Positions 51,835 to 61,562 of a stretch of 64,000 bases of DNA are shown in pieces. The position numbers were made by a program, and so were the translations under genes. Location: IMG/VR virus record IMGVR_UViG_3300027917_000039; one strand, 5' to 3'. Numbering within the stretch: position 1 is the first letter of the stretch; each line of letters starts with the position of its first letter. This DNA comes from a virus. The notes beneath the pieces are model-generated. The model searched no databases. It was not told where the DNA came from and worked only from the letters and a program-made list of their open reading frames with translations.

Positions 51835-53544
51835 CTATTCATCAGACGTTCGGATCGCTGTGGATGACCCTCCGCTGCTTCCCAATGTGCCAGTGGTCTC
51901 GAACGTCTTTATTGGAGTGCCTCCACCGTCGCGAACACGAATGAACAGAGTTCTGTCCGCATCGTACACCGTAGTGAATTGAGACGTGTTAGACGTGGCA
52001 GCCTCGTCAATGTAGCTGATGAACACGTTGTTCGTGGCAGCAGCCACGTTTACCCCGCTGAAATCCTGAGACGAATTGAACGTGAAGTGCGAAGTATTGT
52101 ACGAATCGTACGCGACCCGCAGATAACGTCCAGCATCTGTTTCGATTCGGATTGTGCCAGAACTAGGAGTGTCTGCTGGAATGTTGCCAGTGCCGACGTT
52201 TGCAGTTGTTTCGGCAGCACCATTCAAAGCTGCTTGCAACGTCATCTGGTCATAGTCGATCCCACTGGACTGATCATTTGTCACCAGTACCCTGTCTCCA
52301 GAAACCAACCCAAGCACTTGGAATGTGACGTTGTTTGGAGGTGTGATCACATTGGCGGTCAGATCGGTCAGTTTGTCGCTTGACGTAAGCTGAGAGGCTA
52401 TGATACCGAGACCATATGCACCGATGATAGCTGATCCAGTCGAAGCTCCACAGAAGGGAGTATCCACTGGCTCGCGCGACGTTACTGTACCAGAATCGGC
52501 TGTAGAAGAGCTGGAACCTCCCGTAATCACTGTGCCGCTGGTCGGAGCAGTGCCAGTGAGAATTTGAATCCACATCTTCGTTGGCGCAGATGTGCTGTCG
52601 ATAGCAAGCATCTGTCCGGACCCTGTGTTCCATGTTACGGACTCTGGCTCAGTCCACGAGTTCACTGTGTTAGGTGTCACAGCGATCTCATGAGTAATAC
52701 CTCGGAACAACTCTCCACTAAGACCATAGATGGTCTCTGCTGAGCCATCCTGTGACAGATACTTCATCCTTTCGTAGAAGTCATTTATGTCATGGTTTGC
52801 TGTGTCGATGTCCCATTCGGAGTAGTAGTGCTCATCGGAGCCGTCGGCGTCAACGTCAAGAGCTGTGTAGCCCTCGTTGTTGTTGGTGATTGTTGTCCAT
52901 GCTGACACGGTCGCGTTTGCCGTGATATTGTTCAAGTCGTCAGCTTGTGTCAAAGCCAAGACATTGTTACCACGGGATGTGCCGTTGATCTTGAACTCTG
53001 AAAAGGTTTTGCCATACGTTCGGCTAATACCAATCAATCGACGACCGTCAACGTCAGCACCAGCCGTTCGGGTTTTCACCATAAAACGATGGCTGATACC
53101 GTTGTTTGTGTCTGCATTAACGCCACCGCCGCCAGAAAGATTCCACCAGTCGTCAGTGATCACAGTACCATTCTGAATGAGCTGGATAAGCACGGTGGAG
53201 TCACCGAAGTTCACGATTCCATCATAATACTCTTCGGTTCCACCTGACCCTTGGATGATTGAGCCGTCGTACAGATGCTCAGCATCGTTGGCAGTGATAT
53301 TGAAGCCGTTCTTCAGAGTGATGATGTTGTCCGTAGACCGTTCTGAAGGGGTTAGGTCAGTGATGTCTAGCTCGTCGTCACCAGAACTCACTTCCTGATC
53401 TGCAAAATCTTGAAGCCAACGGTGAAATTCGATGACGGTGGCGTAACTTGGAGTTGTTCCGCCGAACCGTACATGGTCGTCACCTATGTAGCGAATGTCA
53501 CCTGTTGCTCGGTCGATGGTCCAGTCGCCGTCTACCATAGCCAT
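51835..53544 (-). CDS. S/T/N-rich structural protein
   Basis: 569-aa ORF with GGAGGAAC before the ATG. Confidence 0.5.
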   Translation of the reverse strand: MAMVDGDWTIDRATGDIRYIGDDHVRFGGTTPSYATVIEFHRWLQDFADQEVSSGDDELDITDLTPSERSTDNIITLKNGFNITANDAEHLYDGSIIQGSGGTEEYYDGIVNFGDSTVLIQLIQNGTVITDDWWNLSGGGGVNADTNNGISHRFMVKTRTAGADVDGRRLIGISRTYGKTFSEFKINGTSRGNNVLALTQADDLNNITANATVSAWTTITNNNEGYTALDVDADGSDEHYYSEWDIDTANHDINDFYERMKYLSQDGSAETIYGLSGELFRGITHEIAVTPNTVNSWTEPESVTWNTGSGQMLAIDSTSAPTKMWIQILTGTAPTSGTVITGGSSSSTADSGTVTSREPVDTPFCGASTGSAIIGAYGLGIIASQLTSSDKLTDLTANVITPPNNVTFQVLGLVSGDRVLVTNDQSSGIDYDQMTLQAALNGAAETTANVGTGNIPADTPSSGTIRIETDAGRYLRVAYDSYNTSHFTFNSSQDFSGVNVAAATNNVFISYIDEAATSNTSQFTTVYDADRTLFIRVRDGGGTPIKTFETTGTLGSSGGSSTAIRTSDE

Positions 53545-53559
53545 GCGAAGTTCCTCCAG

Positions 53560-53817
53560 TTAGGAAATAGTGATGGCGCTGAGCGAGTCTCCATTGTAGG
53601 TAAACGTCGCTGTTTTGCCGGTCTTGGTGTCATAAACAGTGGCGAGTTTTCCGCCATTGTACGTTAGTGTGATCGTCCCTGTCGGAGTGCTGACCTGAGT
53701 CAGCTCGCTTCCATTGTAAGTGAATGACTGATCTTCAGGATTCTTTAACGTGTCACCAGACGGCAGGTTAGCCACTACGCCGATTGAAGTGAGCACTAGA
53801 GGCTGCTGTATCGTCAT
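53560..53817 (-). CDS. hypothetical small protein
   Basis: 85 aa, T/G-rich. Confidence 0.4.
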   Translation of the reverse strand: MTIQQPLVLTSIGVVANLPSGDTLKNPEDQSFTYNGSELTQVSTPTGTITLTYNGGKLATVYDTKTGKTATFTYNGDSLSAITIS

Positions 53818-54557
53818 AGCACAACACCCTCACCAATCTCAATGTCCAGCTTCTTTGTGGTCAGTGCTCTTCCAAGTCTGATAACTACGTGCCCGTCAGT
53901 CGTCGGTGCAATGTGAGTGATTTTTCCTTCAGTGGAAGCAAGGAAGTAAAATAACCCCACTTGCAAGTTTGTCGTGCCTGTGATTCCAGTCCAATCTGCA
54001 AGTTCAACGTGTCCTTCAGTAAGAATCTCTATGTCTTGGTTGCTGCCTCCGGTTGAGGAATTGGCAAATCCAACAGGATAGCATTGAAGATAAAGCGGAA
54101 CCGGGGCACCAGGATCAGCGTTCGCTGAATCCACTGTGTTGCTGGACAGGACATAAACTGGAGACCCCTTCAAGATCGCACCAGATGATTTCATCGTGTG
54201 CTTATTTAGATCGACATCCCCGCTGCCAGTTCCAGGTGGATGGTAGCCGTCCAACGCGACGTGGGCGAAATCGTTCAAGGTCATCGCGCTCTCAAGGCTG
54301 CGGACTCTGTCCATGTTGAATCCGACAGAGTGAGCGATGGCTAGATTGTCTGAAGCGGGGTCGTTCGCGTTGTTTCGATGGTAGGCTAGGTAGTCTTCGA
54401 GCGTCAGTTCATTGTCCGCTCCGCGTTCCCAGACGCTGCCAACAACAGAAGCACTGTGATCCAGGTCGAGGGACGAGACTGCAAGCAGCCTTTTCTCTAG
54501 GAGTCCGACCGTGCCGTCGGACACCCACATCGGATGTCGCCCTGGAAAATTGATCAT
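53814..54557 (-). CDS. structural protein sharing a C-terminal domain with ORF 62676-63134
   Basis: C-terminus FYFLASTEGKITHIAPTTDGHVVIRLGRALTTKKLDIEIGEGVVL resembles the other ORF (YYLDPNTAGRITTTAPTIDGDFVVPVGTALSATEFEIEIGAPIKL). Confidence 0.45.
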   Translation of the reverse strand: MINFPGRHPMWVSDGTVGLLEKRLLAVSSLDLDHSASVVGSVWERGADNELTLEDYLAYHRNNANDPASDNLAIAHSVGFNMDRVRSLESAMTLNDFAHVALDGYHPPGTGSGDVDLNKHTMKSSGAILKGSPVYVLSSNTVDSANADPGAPVPLYLQCYPVGFANSSTGGSNQDIEILTEGHVELADWTGITGTTNLQVGLFYFLASTEGKITHIAPTTDGHVVIRLGRALTTKKLDIEIGEGVVL

Positions 54558-54844
54558 TACTTGTACGCCAGAATGTTGATTTCGGAACCGGCGGCTTCCC
54601 CAATCATACGCAAAGCCTTCATGTCTCCGATGTACCAAATTGACTGCCCGGCGTGAAGACGATAACCTACGGTGGTGGTGGGGTCGGTGCCGTCGTCACG
54701 AATCCGCACGTTTTGATTCAAGGCTTGAATGAGAGCCACGCGGGCGTTGCCGATGCTTACTCCCACGACAGTGTCGCCAGAGAGTTGTCGATACCCGGCA
54801 GGCTCAATGGCGGCGTCCGCCACGAAGCGATCAGCAAATGCCAT
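54557..54844 (-). CDS. hypothetical protein (head completion region)
   Basis: 95-aa ORF, ATG 18 nt after the coat-gene terminator. Confidence 0.45.
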   Translation of the reverse strand: MAFADRFVADAAIEPAGYRQLSGDTVVGVSIGNARVALIQALNQNVRIRDDGTDPTTTVGYRLHAGQSIWYIGDMKALRMIGEAAGSEINILAYK

Positions 54845-54861
54845 TAGCGTGTCTCCAGAGA

Positions 54862-54903
54862 GTGGAAAGAAACCCGGCGGGGCAGAGAGCCCGCCCCGCC
54901 GGG
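54862..54903 (-). terminator. rho-independent terminator/attenuator downstream of the coat gene
   Basis: 11-bp perfect GC stem CCCGGCGGGGC/GCCCCGCCGGG with a 9-nt loop, followed on the minus strand by TTTCTTTCC. Confidence 0.55.
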
Positions 54904-54935
54904 GCTATCAAGAAACCGGCTGAGCCGGTGGTTGC

Positions 54936-56324
54936 TTATGCGTACAAGCAGCAACCCAGGTTGGTGTCCAGAGTGGCGACGCCCGCCAGCATGTCGAGGG
55001 TCACGATCGTGCCCTGGCTGGAGATGTCGTACTGCATGGCGACTCGCATGGCGAGATCGTTGTAGCTGCCAACCGCAGCCTGAACACCGAGAGCGGCGTT
55101 CGGCAGAGCCAGCGGACGGTTGACGAGTGCCAGCGCGTCCTTGTGGAACGCGAAGCAGATCGAGCCGTGCGGACCGGGAAACGCCAAGTCATCGTCAGCC
55201 AGAGCCGTTTCCAACGGCTTGTCCAACCAGACCTTGACGCTCGTGGTGTTGACCGAGTCCACCTCGATGATGGCGTACTCGTGGCGATCGCCACCATTGC
55301 TGGTGCCGAAGCCGATCAACTGACCCACGACGGGCAGCTTGTTGGCGGTGATGCCGTCAAGCGTGATCGCCTTGTCGTAGCCGACCGCATAGGCGCCGTC
55401 CACGTCACACGGCTGGAAGGCATAGCCCACCGCGTTGGCGGAAACCGCATTGACGTAGGCGTCCACGAGGGTGATGCCCGTGGTCGTGCCGGTGAGGGCT
55501 TTGACCTCGTGCAACTGACCTTCGCCAGCGAACCAGACGAACGAGCCCACCGATACTGCCGAAGCAGCGGTCACGGCTTTGTTGCCCGTGTCGCCAGCAG
55601 CCGCGCCAGCGGTGTGGTTCAGGGTCAGGGTATCCGCGTCGGTCAGCGACCGATACAGCACGTTCTGATCCATGTAGGTGTCGAAGCCCAGGATGCGACC
55701 CAGACGAGCCTCTTCCAGAGCCGTGCCACCGTCGCCACGCTCGTTGGCTTTGATGAAGAGTTCGGTCTTCAACAGTTCGGTCTCAGCCTGCGGGCTGACA
55801 ACCAAGTTGCGACCGTTCGGGTACGCCTTGTTGACGTTCATCTTCTCACGAGCGTCCAGCACCCAATCCTTGGCGTTCGAGGAAGTCATCTCAGCCAAGC
55901 GACCAGCGTTGTTCGTCTGGAAGCGGAAAGCCTGCGAACAGAGGATTCGGTCGATCGACCGAGCCATCTGCATGGCGGCGGGCTCCATGTAGTAGCTGAT
56001 CAGTTCCTTGAAGGACAGGGACGCTTCCTCGTCCTTGATCGTGAACGTCACGTAGATGTGCTGGTTCAGGGGAACCTGCACGTTCGTGGACTGAGCATTC
56101 TGGCTCACGACGCTGTCGCTTTGAGCCTTACGCTTGGTGCTAAACTCGCTCGGTCGACGGGTGTTGACAAAGTCACCGTAGCTCGCGACCAACGGCGAAA
56201 AGTCACGGTGGACCAGATTGGCCATTACCATATTCTCTTCGAGGATTGCGAGAGACTCGTTCGCCCACAGTTCGGGAATCAGGGCGTCGTTGTCGTTGGC
56301 GTAGCAAAGAGGGAACAAGTTCAT
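54936..56324 (-). CDS. major capsid (coat) protein, P22-coat-like
   Basis: 462 aa downstream of portal and scaffold. C-terminal region DISSQGTIVTLDMLAGV resembles the P22 gp5 C-terminus (DISTLSGLCRIALWYGV). Strong SD AAGGAG and a TATAAAAT element upstream. Confidence 0.6.
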   Translation of the reverse strand: MNLFPLCYANDNDALIPELWANESLAILEENMVMANLVHRDFSPLVASYGDFVNTRRPSEFSTKRKAQSDSVVSQNAQSTNVQVPLNQHIYVTFTIKDEEASLSFKELISYYMEPAAMQMARSIDRILCSQAFRFQTNNAGRLAEMTSSNAKDWVLDAREKMNVNKAYPNGRNLVVSPQAETELLKTELFIKANERGDGGTALEEARLGRILGFDTYMDQNVLYRSLTDADTLTLNHTAGAAAGDTGNKAVTAASAVSVGSFVWFAGEGQLHEVKALTGTTTGITLVDAYVNAVSANAVGYAFQPCDVDGAYAVGYDKAITLDGITANKLPVVGQLIGFGTSNGGDRHEYAIIEVDSVNTTSVKVWLDKPLETALADDDLAFPGPHGSICFAFHKDALALVNRPLALPNAALGVQAAVGSYNDLAMRVAMQYDISSQGTIVTLDMLAGVATLDTNLGCCLYA

Positions 56325-56480
56325 TATGAACTCCTTGTTGGTTCGAGTAGGTTTACGAAACTTACTCCCAGGATTTTATACAGCCGTGTGTCCCTGGTCT
56401 ACGTCACGGCAAAGAAACCCGATCTTCTCGGTAGGTCCGGTGCTCCGGGGTCGCGGTCCCGAAGTGGACGGCTGAATCGC

Positions 56481-57251
56481 CTAGCGGGCGAGTCGCTGCT
56501 TGATCGCTGCGCGATGCTTGCGGTACTCTTCCGCCGTCAAGGTGCTGTAGTCCATGTTGTCGTCGCTGACGCTTGCTTGTCCAGCCCCAACACCACTGAC
56601 CACATTACTCTTGAAGAGATTTCCGTACACCTTCGGCAGTTCACGCATACGCTTGACAGCTTCTGCTGGAGTCCGGAGGGTGCGAATCTCTTCGCCTGTC
56701 TTCTCGTCAACGTCGGGGAAGTCGACCATTGGAGTCAACCGCCCCTCAACGTCCTTCAACTCGGTGAAGGGTTTCAACAGACCGACAATCTGATTCGAGT
56801 TGAACGCATCAGCAGCACCGGCAGCATCCTGCAACGATCGAACGACCGTCTCTTGCTTGTAGAGGCTTTCCCAATGAGTGGCGCGCTCTTCGGCGGTCTT
56901 CAACTGGTTCAGGTACTTCTCTTCCGACTGCTTCCGTTCGTACTCGGCTTGCTGTTCCTTCGTTCTGAGGCTCTTCTGAACGTCCTCCAACCGTGCTTCG
57001 AGTTTCTTTCGTTGCTCTTCGCTGATGCCTTGATTCGAGAGCAACTCCTGGTAGCTCGATTCAAGCTGGGAGTACCGTTCCTGATGTTTTCGCTTGTCTT
57101 CCGCCAGAATCTTGTTCAGGTCGGCTTGCGTAAACGTCCGTTCACCGCCGCTGTCACCTTCGCCGCCTTTGGCTGCGGGTTCGCCCGCGTTGCCGCTGTC
57201 GTCGTCGCCGTCGTAACACAAGATGGTAACAGGGTAATTGAACTTCAACAT
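56481..57251 (-). CDS. scaffolding protein
   Basis: 256-aa, highly charged coiled-coil protein between portal and coat. Confidence 0.55.
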   Translation of the reverse strand: MLKFNYPVTILCYDGDDDSGNAGEPAAKGGEGDSGGERTFTQADLNKILAEDKRKHQERYSQLESSYQELLSNQGISEEQRKKLEARLEDVQKSLRTKEQQAEYERKQSEEKYLNQLKTAEERATHWESLYKQETVVRSLQDAAGAADAFNSNQIVGLLKPFTELKDVEGRLTPMVDFPDVDEKTGEEIRTLRTPAEAVKRMRELPKVYGNLFKSNVVSGVGAGQASVSDDNMDYSTLTAEEYRKHRAAIKQRLAR

Positions 57252-57265
57252 ATCCTAACCTTTCG

Positions 57266-57820
57266 TTAGTCAGCCCTACTCATTCTGATCACACGATCGT
57301 CTGTGAGAAATGGCTTGAGCCATCGCCACACACGAGCCGTGGGAATACCATACACAAGGTACTCCATTGCATCACTGCTGTTGTCGTAGGTAGTCCGAAC
57401 AGCAGCATATGATTGCCGGACGACGTTCAGTCTGTCGACTGCGTCTTCCGGGTCAAAGCCTTCAAGCAATGCCAGAGCAATCTCATAGCACGCCCATTCG
57501 ATTTCGGTCGGGACAGATTCATCTTGTCCGCGAGGGAACTCCAACTCTTGATCGGCGTCAGCCGCGATTATCGCATCGCGACTTGGCATGTCGTCGAATA
57601 CGATGATCTTCGAGTAGTTGCCAGTCTTCGCTGGGTCAGCCTCGTACATGACGAGCCAGACGGTGTGCTTCACACCTTTGTAATTCAGCGAGTCGATGAT
57701 GCGAGTGGCTTCGGTCAACGCCTTCGGACGATCAGCCGCAGCACTGTCACTCCAGCCTTCAGAATGAAGCCGGTTGCTGAAGTACGTGTTCGCATCTGAA
57801 AGCGTGCCGTAGTAAGCCAT
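57266..57820 (-). CDS. hypothetical head-morphogenesis protein
   Basis: 184-aa ORF with SD GAGGTG before the ATG. Confidence 0.45.
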   Translation of the reverse strand: MAYYGTLSDANTYFSNRLHSEGWSDSAAADRPKALTEATRIIDSLNYKGVKHTVWLVMYEADPAKTGNYSKIIVFDDMPSRDAIIAADADQELEFPRGQDESVPTEIEWACYEIALALLEGFDPEDAVDRLNVVRQSYAAVRTTYDNSSDAMEYLVYGIPTARVWRWLKPFLTDDRVIRMSRAD

Positions 57821-57833
57821 GTGTCACCTCAAC

Positions 57834-57995
57834 TTAGACGCCAGCGTGAGCCGACTTGCCCGATGCGTTGCCGATTTGCTTTTGCTTGCTGTATCGGCTC
57901 TCGATCTTTTGTGCCTTTTGGCTTGCGGGTTTGCCTGCGGGCTTCGACCCGCCGCCCTTGGGCTGTCCGCCCTTACCGTTAAACTTCGCGACCAT
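57834..57995 (-). CDS. small basic Gly/Lys-rich protein (53 aa)
   Basis: MVAKFNGKGGQPKGGGSKPAGKPASQKAQKIESRYSKQKQIGNASGKSAHAGV. The ATG overlaps the portal stop (TAATG). Not in the ORF track because it is under 60 aa. Confidence 0.3.
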   Translation of the reverse strand: MVAKFNGKGGQPKGGGSKPAGKPASQKAQKIESRYSKQKQIGNASGKSAHAGV

Positions 57996-59896
57996 TATGG
58001 ATTCCTCGCTTTGTCTTTCGACTTGATGTTCTTGCCATCGCCTCTGGTTCCATCCGTACGGTCGTCCTTCATATCCTTCTGCTGTTCTTCCTCGCGTTCC
58101 TTCTCACCCGACTTCTTGTCGTCATCCAAGTCATCTACGCCGCGAGCAGCCATGTCTTCATTCTCGTCTTCCTTCGGCTCCGGTCTGGCGGCTGCTTGTG
58201 CTTCAGCGATGTCCTTCGCGCGTCGGACATGATCCTCACGGGCTTTGAGGTGCTCACCAGGGTTGAATCCGATAGCCAGGGAGCCTGTCTCTTCGCCGCA
58301 CAGCCCAGCTTCGACCGCCCGGATGATGATGTCCGGATCAGACGTAGCGTAACCTGCTTCGTCGATCTGTGAGAAAATCTTGTCGATCGTTGCTCTGTTG
58401 ACCTTTCCGGACAGAAGAACTGTGACGATGTTCTTCGCCAGTTCTTTCTTGACTTCCTTGCCGGGCACGGTGTACATCAGTTCCGCCAGTTCCTTGGCTT
58501 CCTTGATGCGGTCTTCGTCGTTCTTCAGCGAATATCGGTCCGGGTACTTGATGGTCGCGATCTTGCGTTGCGATGGGTCTTTGTTTTCATACGAAGCCCA
58601 TGACGTGGCGATCGCTCTTTCTGCACTCTCAAGCACCAAACCGATGTAGGAGAGCCCCGCTTCTAAACCCTGGTCCGACAGCTTCATGGCTTCTGCTGAC
58701 ATTGCTCGTTGTCCGATCTTGTTCTGGACAGCGAGGTTAACCAGCTTGCGAATGTCGTCCTCCAACTTCTCTTGAAGTTTGATGGACGCCATGAGCGGTT
58801 CTGAACTGGGGTGAATGAAAGCGGGTTGATTCGCCTTCATGTCATACGTGCGTCCATGCGTGACACCGGGTCGTGCTTCCTCACCGACCTTGCTGTTGTC
58901 CGACGTGACTGACGTGCCATCGTCGTCGGTTATTTTCTTCAAGTGCGAGCCAACTGCTCGCAAGTCGCGTTGCTCCACGTAGAACGGGAAGTTCGCTTTG
59001 ATCGCGTACGCCACATCAGACGAGCCCAGATTCAACAGAGCAACCTGATGCTTGTAAACATCCTTCAACAGACTGCCGCCGATGTTCAGCATGTGGAAAG
59101 GGATGCGATCCAATTCCAGATTGATGACGCCTTCGTCGCTGGTCAAAATGCCTTGGGAATCACTGTTGGTGAGTGGGTCGGACAGCGGAGCCCCAGTAAT
59201 GTCAACCAGTCGATCTTCCTCGTCGAACATTCGCATCTTCACTCGTTTCGTGACCGGGTCGATCCAGATGAAACGATACCGAGTGTAACTGCCCTGCGGC
59301 AAGTGAATGCCGCTGGCAAGGAAGCCTTGATTGTAGTCGACTGCTCGATCACGAAGTAGGACCGCGCGAAAGGCACCCGGCTCTTCAGGCTTGTTCATCT
59401 GCCAGGACAGGATGTCTTCAACTCGGTAGAAATAGCAGTACGGACGAGCGCTGCCTTCATCAGCTAACGTAATTGGTCCAGCCAGTTGCGGCATGTCAAC
59501 GTAAACGCCGACGCGACCCATTACGAGCAGTTCGGTGAGCACGTCGATACCAAGGAACGACTGCATCGAGTTTCCATTGTTGTCGACGCCACCGATCTCA
59601 CCGTCGCACGCCCGCATGTAGTTCTCGCTACCGTTGCGGCGAGTCACATCGCGGAGTCGCTGGAAAATCGAGTTGCGAACGTCTTGAATGGCTGACTTGG
59701 CGTAGCTGGCGATTGGGGTGAAGAACTTGCGAAGGGCAAAGTCTTCCGAAGTCTCACGGGTGCTGAACCGCTTGAGGTTTCTGCGCACGAATCGGGGTCC
59801 GCCGTTATAGCAGTCACGCCAGTCGTACCAGTAGAGTTCATCTTCAAGGTACTCTGGGTGCCTTATCGCCGTCAGAAACTTTGCTTCTCGTGACAT
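57995..59896 (-). CDS. portal protein
   Basis: 633 aa directly downstream of the large terminase. Acidic/charged C-terminal tail. Confidence 0.55.
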   Translation of the reverse strand: MSREAKFLTAIRHPEYLEDELYWYDWRDCYNGGPRFVRRNLKRFSTRETSEDFALRKFFTPIASYAKSAIQDVRNSIFQRLRDVTRRNGSENYMRACDGEIGGVDNNGNSMQSFLGIDVLTELLVMGRVGVYVDMPQLAGPITLADEGSARPYCYFYRVEDILSWQMNKPEEPGAFRAVLLRDRAVDYNQGFLASGIHLPQGSYTRYRFIWIDPVTKRVKMRMFDEEDRLVDITGAPLSDPLTNSDSQGILTSDEGVINLELDRIPFHMLNIGGSLLKDVYKHQVALLNLGSSDVAYAIKANFPFYVEQRDLRAVGSHLKKITDDDGTSVTSDNSKVGEEARPGVTHGRTYDMKANQPAFIHPSSEPLMASIKLQEKLEDDIRKLVNLAVQNKIGQRAMSAEAMKLSDQGLEAGLSYIGLVLESAERAIATSWASYENKDPSQRKIATIKYPDRYSLKNDEDRIKEAKELAELMYTVPGKEVKKELAKNIVTVLLSGKVNRATIDKIFSQIDEAGYATSDPDIIIRAVEAGLCGEETGSLAIGFNPGEHLKAREDHVRRAKDIAEAQAAARPEPKEDENEDMAARGVDDLDDDKKSGEKEREEEQQKDMKDDRTDGTRGDGKNIKSKDKARNP

Positions 59897-61555
59897 TTAC
59901 AGCACCTTATCTTCGACATCGCCGCCCGACACGATACCAGCCGCCAATGGCAGTGCGATCTCAGCGTAGTTGAAAGCGTGCCCGAAGTGGTCTGGACCAG
60001 TATTCAGATACACGGCTTTTGGGTTCCCTTGGTCGTCCTTCTCGTACGTCCTGACGAGTGCTTTGATGTGGTCTTTGAACTCAAGAGAGCAGTCCGCAGG
60101 AAGATGTACTCGTTCAGAGTGGAAGCGACCCATCGAAGCGTCCAACCAGTTTGTCCGGTCGACTGTTACGATTGGTGAACTACTTTCTTCCTCGCTCACT
60201 TGCAGTTCTTTCCCGGTGACGCCGCGTCGATAACGGCACAAGTAGACGTAACCGGGGAATCGTCTGGCAAATCGTCGCGCGTCATTCACTTGAGGGTCCG
60301 CGTCAATGACGCACGCTTTGATCTGCCACTCCCGCATCAGCGGGTCAAGTAACTCGAAGTCGTCTCCGGGCAATTTGAACTCAGCCAAGACCTTCGCGTG
60401 TGACATCGCGTTCACGTCACCTCTGCCGGTGAGTTGGTATTCCACCACAACGCAATGGTTCATCTTTCCTTGGTCAACGCCGAGAACTATGCAGCGTTCG
60501 TCTCCAATATCAGGACGCTGATCAGCCTTGAAGTAACGCCTGATCGCTGCTTCGATCTCACTGTCAGTGACTTGCCCACCGTCCGGAATGTAAGGCAAGC
60601 CCTGCTTTGAATTGAAGAACTCAACCATCGCGGCTTCGTCGCCGACACCTCGGAAGTAGGCGGCTGCCAATTCCCAAGGCTTGACCGTGTAGCTGTACAA
60701 CTGATTGATGTAGAAGCTGCGGTGGTCGTCGTCTACCTTGGTGGTCGGTTCCCAAAACGCACGCTGGAGAAATTCTGGCTTCTCTTCGTGCTCAATTCGT
60801 TTCTTGCATTCCTTGCACTTCAAGTGCGATCGCCTGATGTCCTTGTCAGTGATCGTCTCTCCGCAAATCTCCAAGCAGTCAGGGAAGATTAACTCAGTTC
60901 GCCTTGAACACCGTGGACACTTGAAGTAAAAGTGCTCCTGCGTACCTTGCAGAAACAGCTTGTGGATTCCGTAGTTCGGGATCGTCGGCGTGCTCAAGCT
61001 GAACACGAACTTGTGCAACTGACCTGACAGCCGTTCGAGTGCGAGCCAGATAGCTCGCTGGTCCATCTCGTCTGCTTCGTCAAGAATCAGAACAGAGACG
61101 GGAATCGACTTCAGGTTCGAGTCGCCTCGTGACCCACGAATGTACAGGTTCGTGCCGCCCGCTTGCTTCAGTCCTACTGTGTTCGTGTCGGTGAACAGTT
61201 CCTTGAGGTAGTCACTGTACAGCAGAGCAGTATTGAACCTGGACTTGCTGAAGTCTGACGCATTGAGTGCTGTGGGTAGCACGTACAACACGTCGCGCTT
61301 CAGTATGTCGACCGTGTAGAACGCGACATTGATCGCGACCTCGGTCAACCCCAACTGTGCTGCCTTCATTACTGTGTTGAAGCCAGCTTTTGAATCGTGG
61401 ACTTCCCTACACCACGGGTGAAACTTGAATGAATACGGACCGGCTAGTGGTTCGCCCATGACTCGGCGGTGAGTTACCCAGCGAGAGCAAGTGCTCAGTG
61501 TGCGCGAGACTAGCCCCTGATTGAGTACCTCACCGAAGTCAGTAAGCAATCCCAT
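59897..61555 (-). CDS. terL: terminase large subunit (GpA-like ATPase-nuclease)
   Basis: Walker B-like VLILDEADEMD, C4 zinc ribbon CPRCSRR...CKECKK, about 550 aa, at the head of the packaging-head gene order. Confidence 0.7.
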   Translation of the reverse strand: MGLLTDFGEVLNQGLVSRTLSTCSRWVTHRRVMGEPLAGPYSFKFHPWCREVHDSKAGFNTVMKAAQLGLTEVAINVAFYTVDILKRDVLYVLPTALNASDFSKSRFNTALLYSDYLKELFTDTNTVGLKQAGGTNLYIRGSRGDSNLKSIPVSVLILDEADEMDQRAIWLALERLSGQLHKFVFSLSTPTIPNYGIHKLFLQGTQEHFYFKCPRCSRRTELIFPDCLEICGETITDKDIRRSHLKCKECKKRIEHEEKPEFLQRAFWEPTTKVDDDHRSFYINQLYSYTVKPWELAAAYFRGVGDEAAMVEFFNSKQGLPYIPDGGQVTDSEIEAAIRRYFKADQRPDIGDERCIVLGVDQGKMNHCVVVEYQLTGRGDVNAMSHAKVLAEFKLPGDDFELLDPLMREWQIKACVIDADPQVNDARRFARRFPGYVYLCRYRRGVTGKELQVSEEESSSPIVTVDRTNWLDASMGRFHSERVHLPADCSLEFKDHIKALVRTYEKDDQGNPKAVYLNTGPDHFGHAFNYAEIALPLAAGIVSGGDVEDKVL

Positions 61556-61562
61556 GCGGTTC

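Noticed and set aside
55143-57269. 708-aa plus-strand ORF spanning the coat and scaffold genes
   Set aside because: Antisense of two well-supported minus-strand structural genes. Low-complexity R/V/L/G composition.
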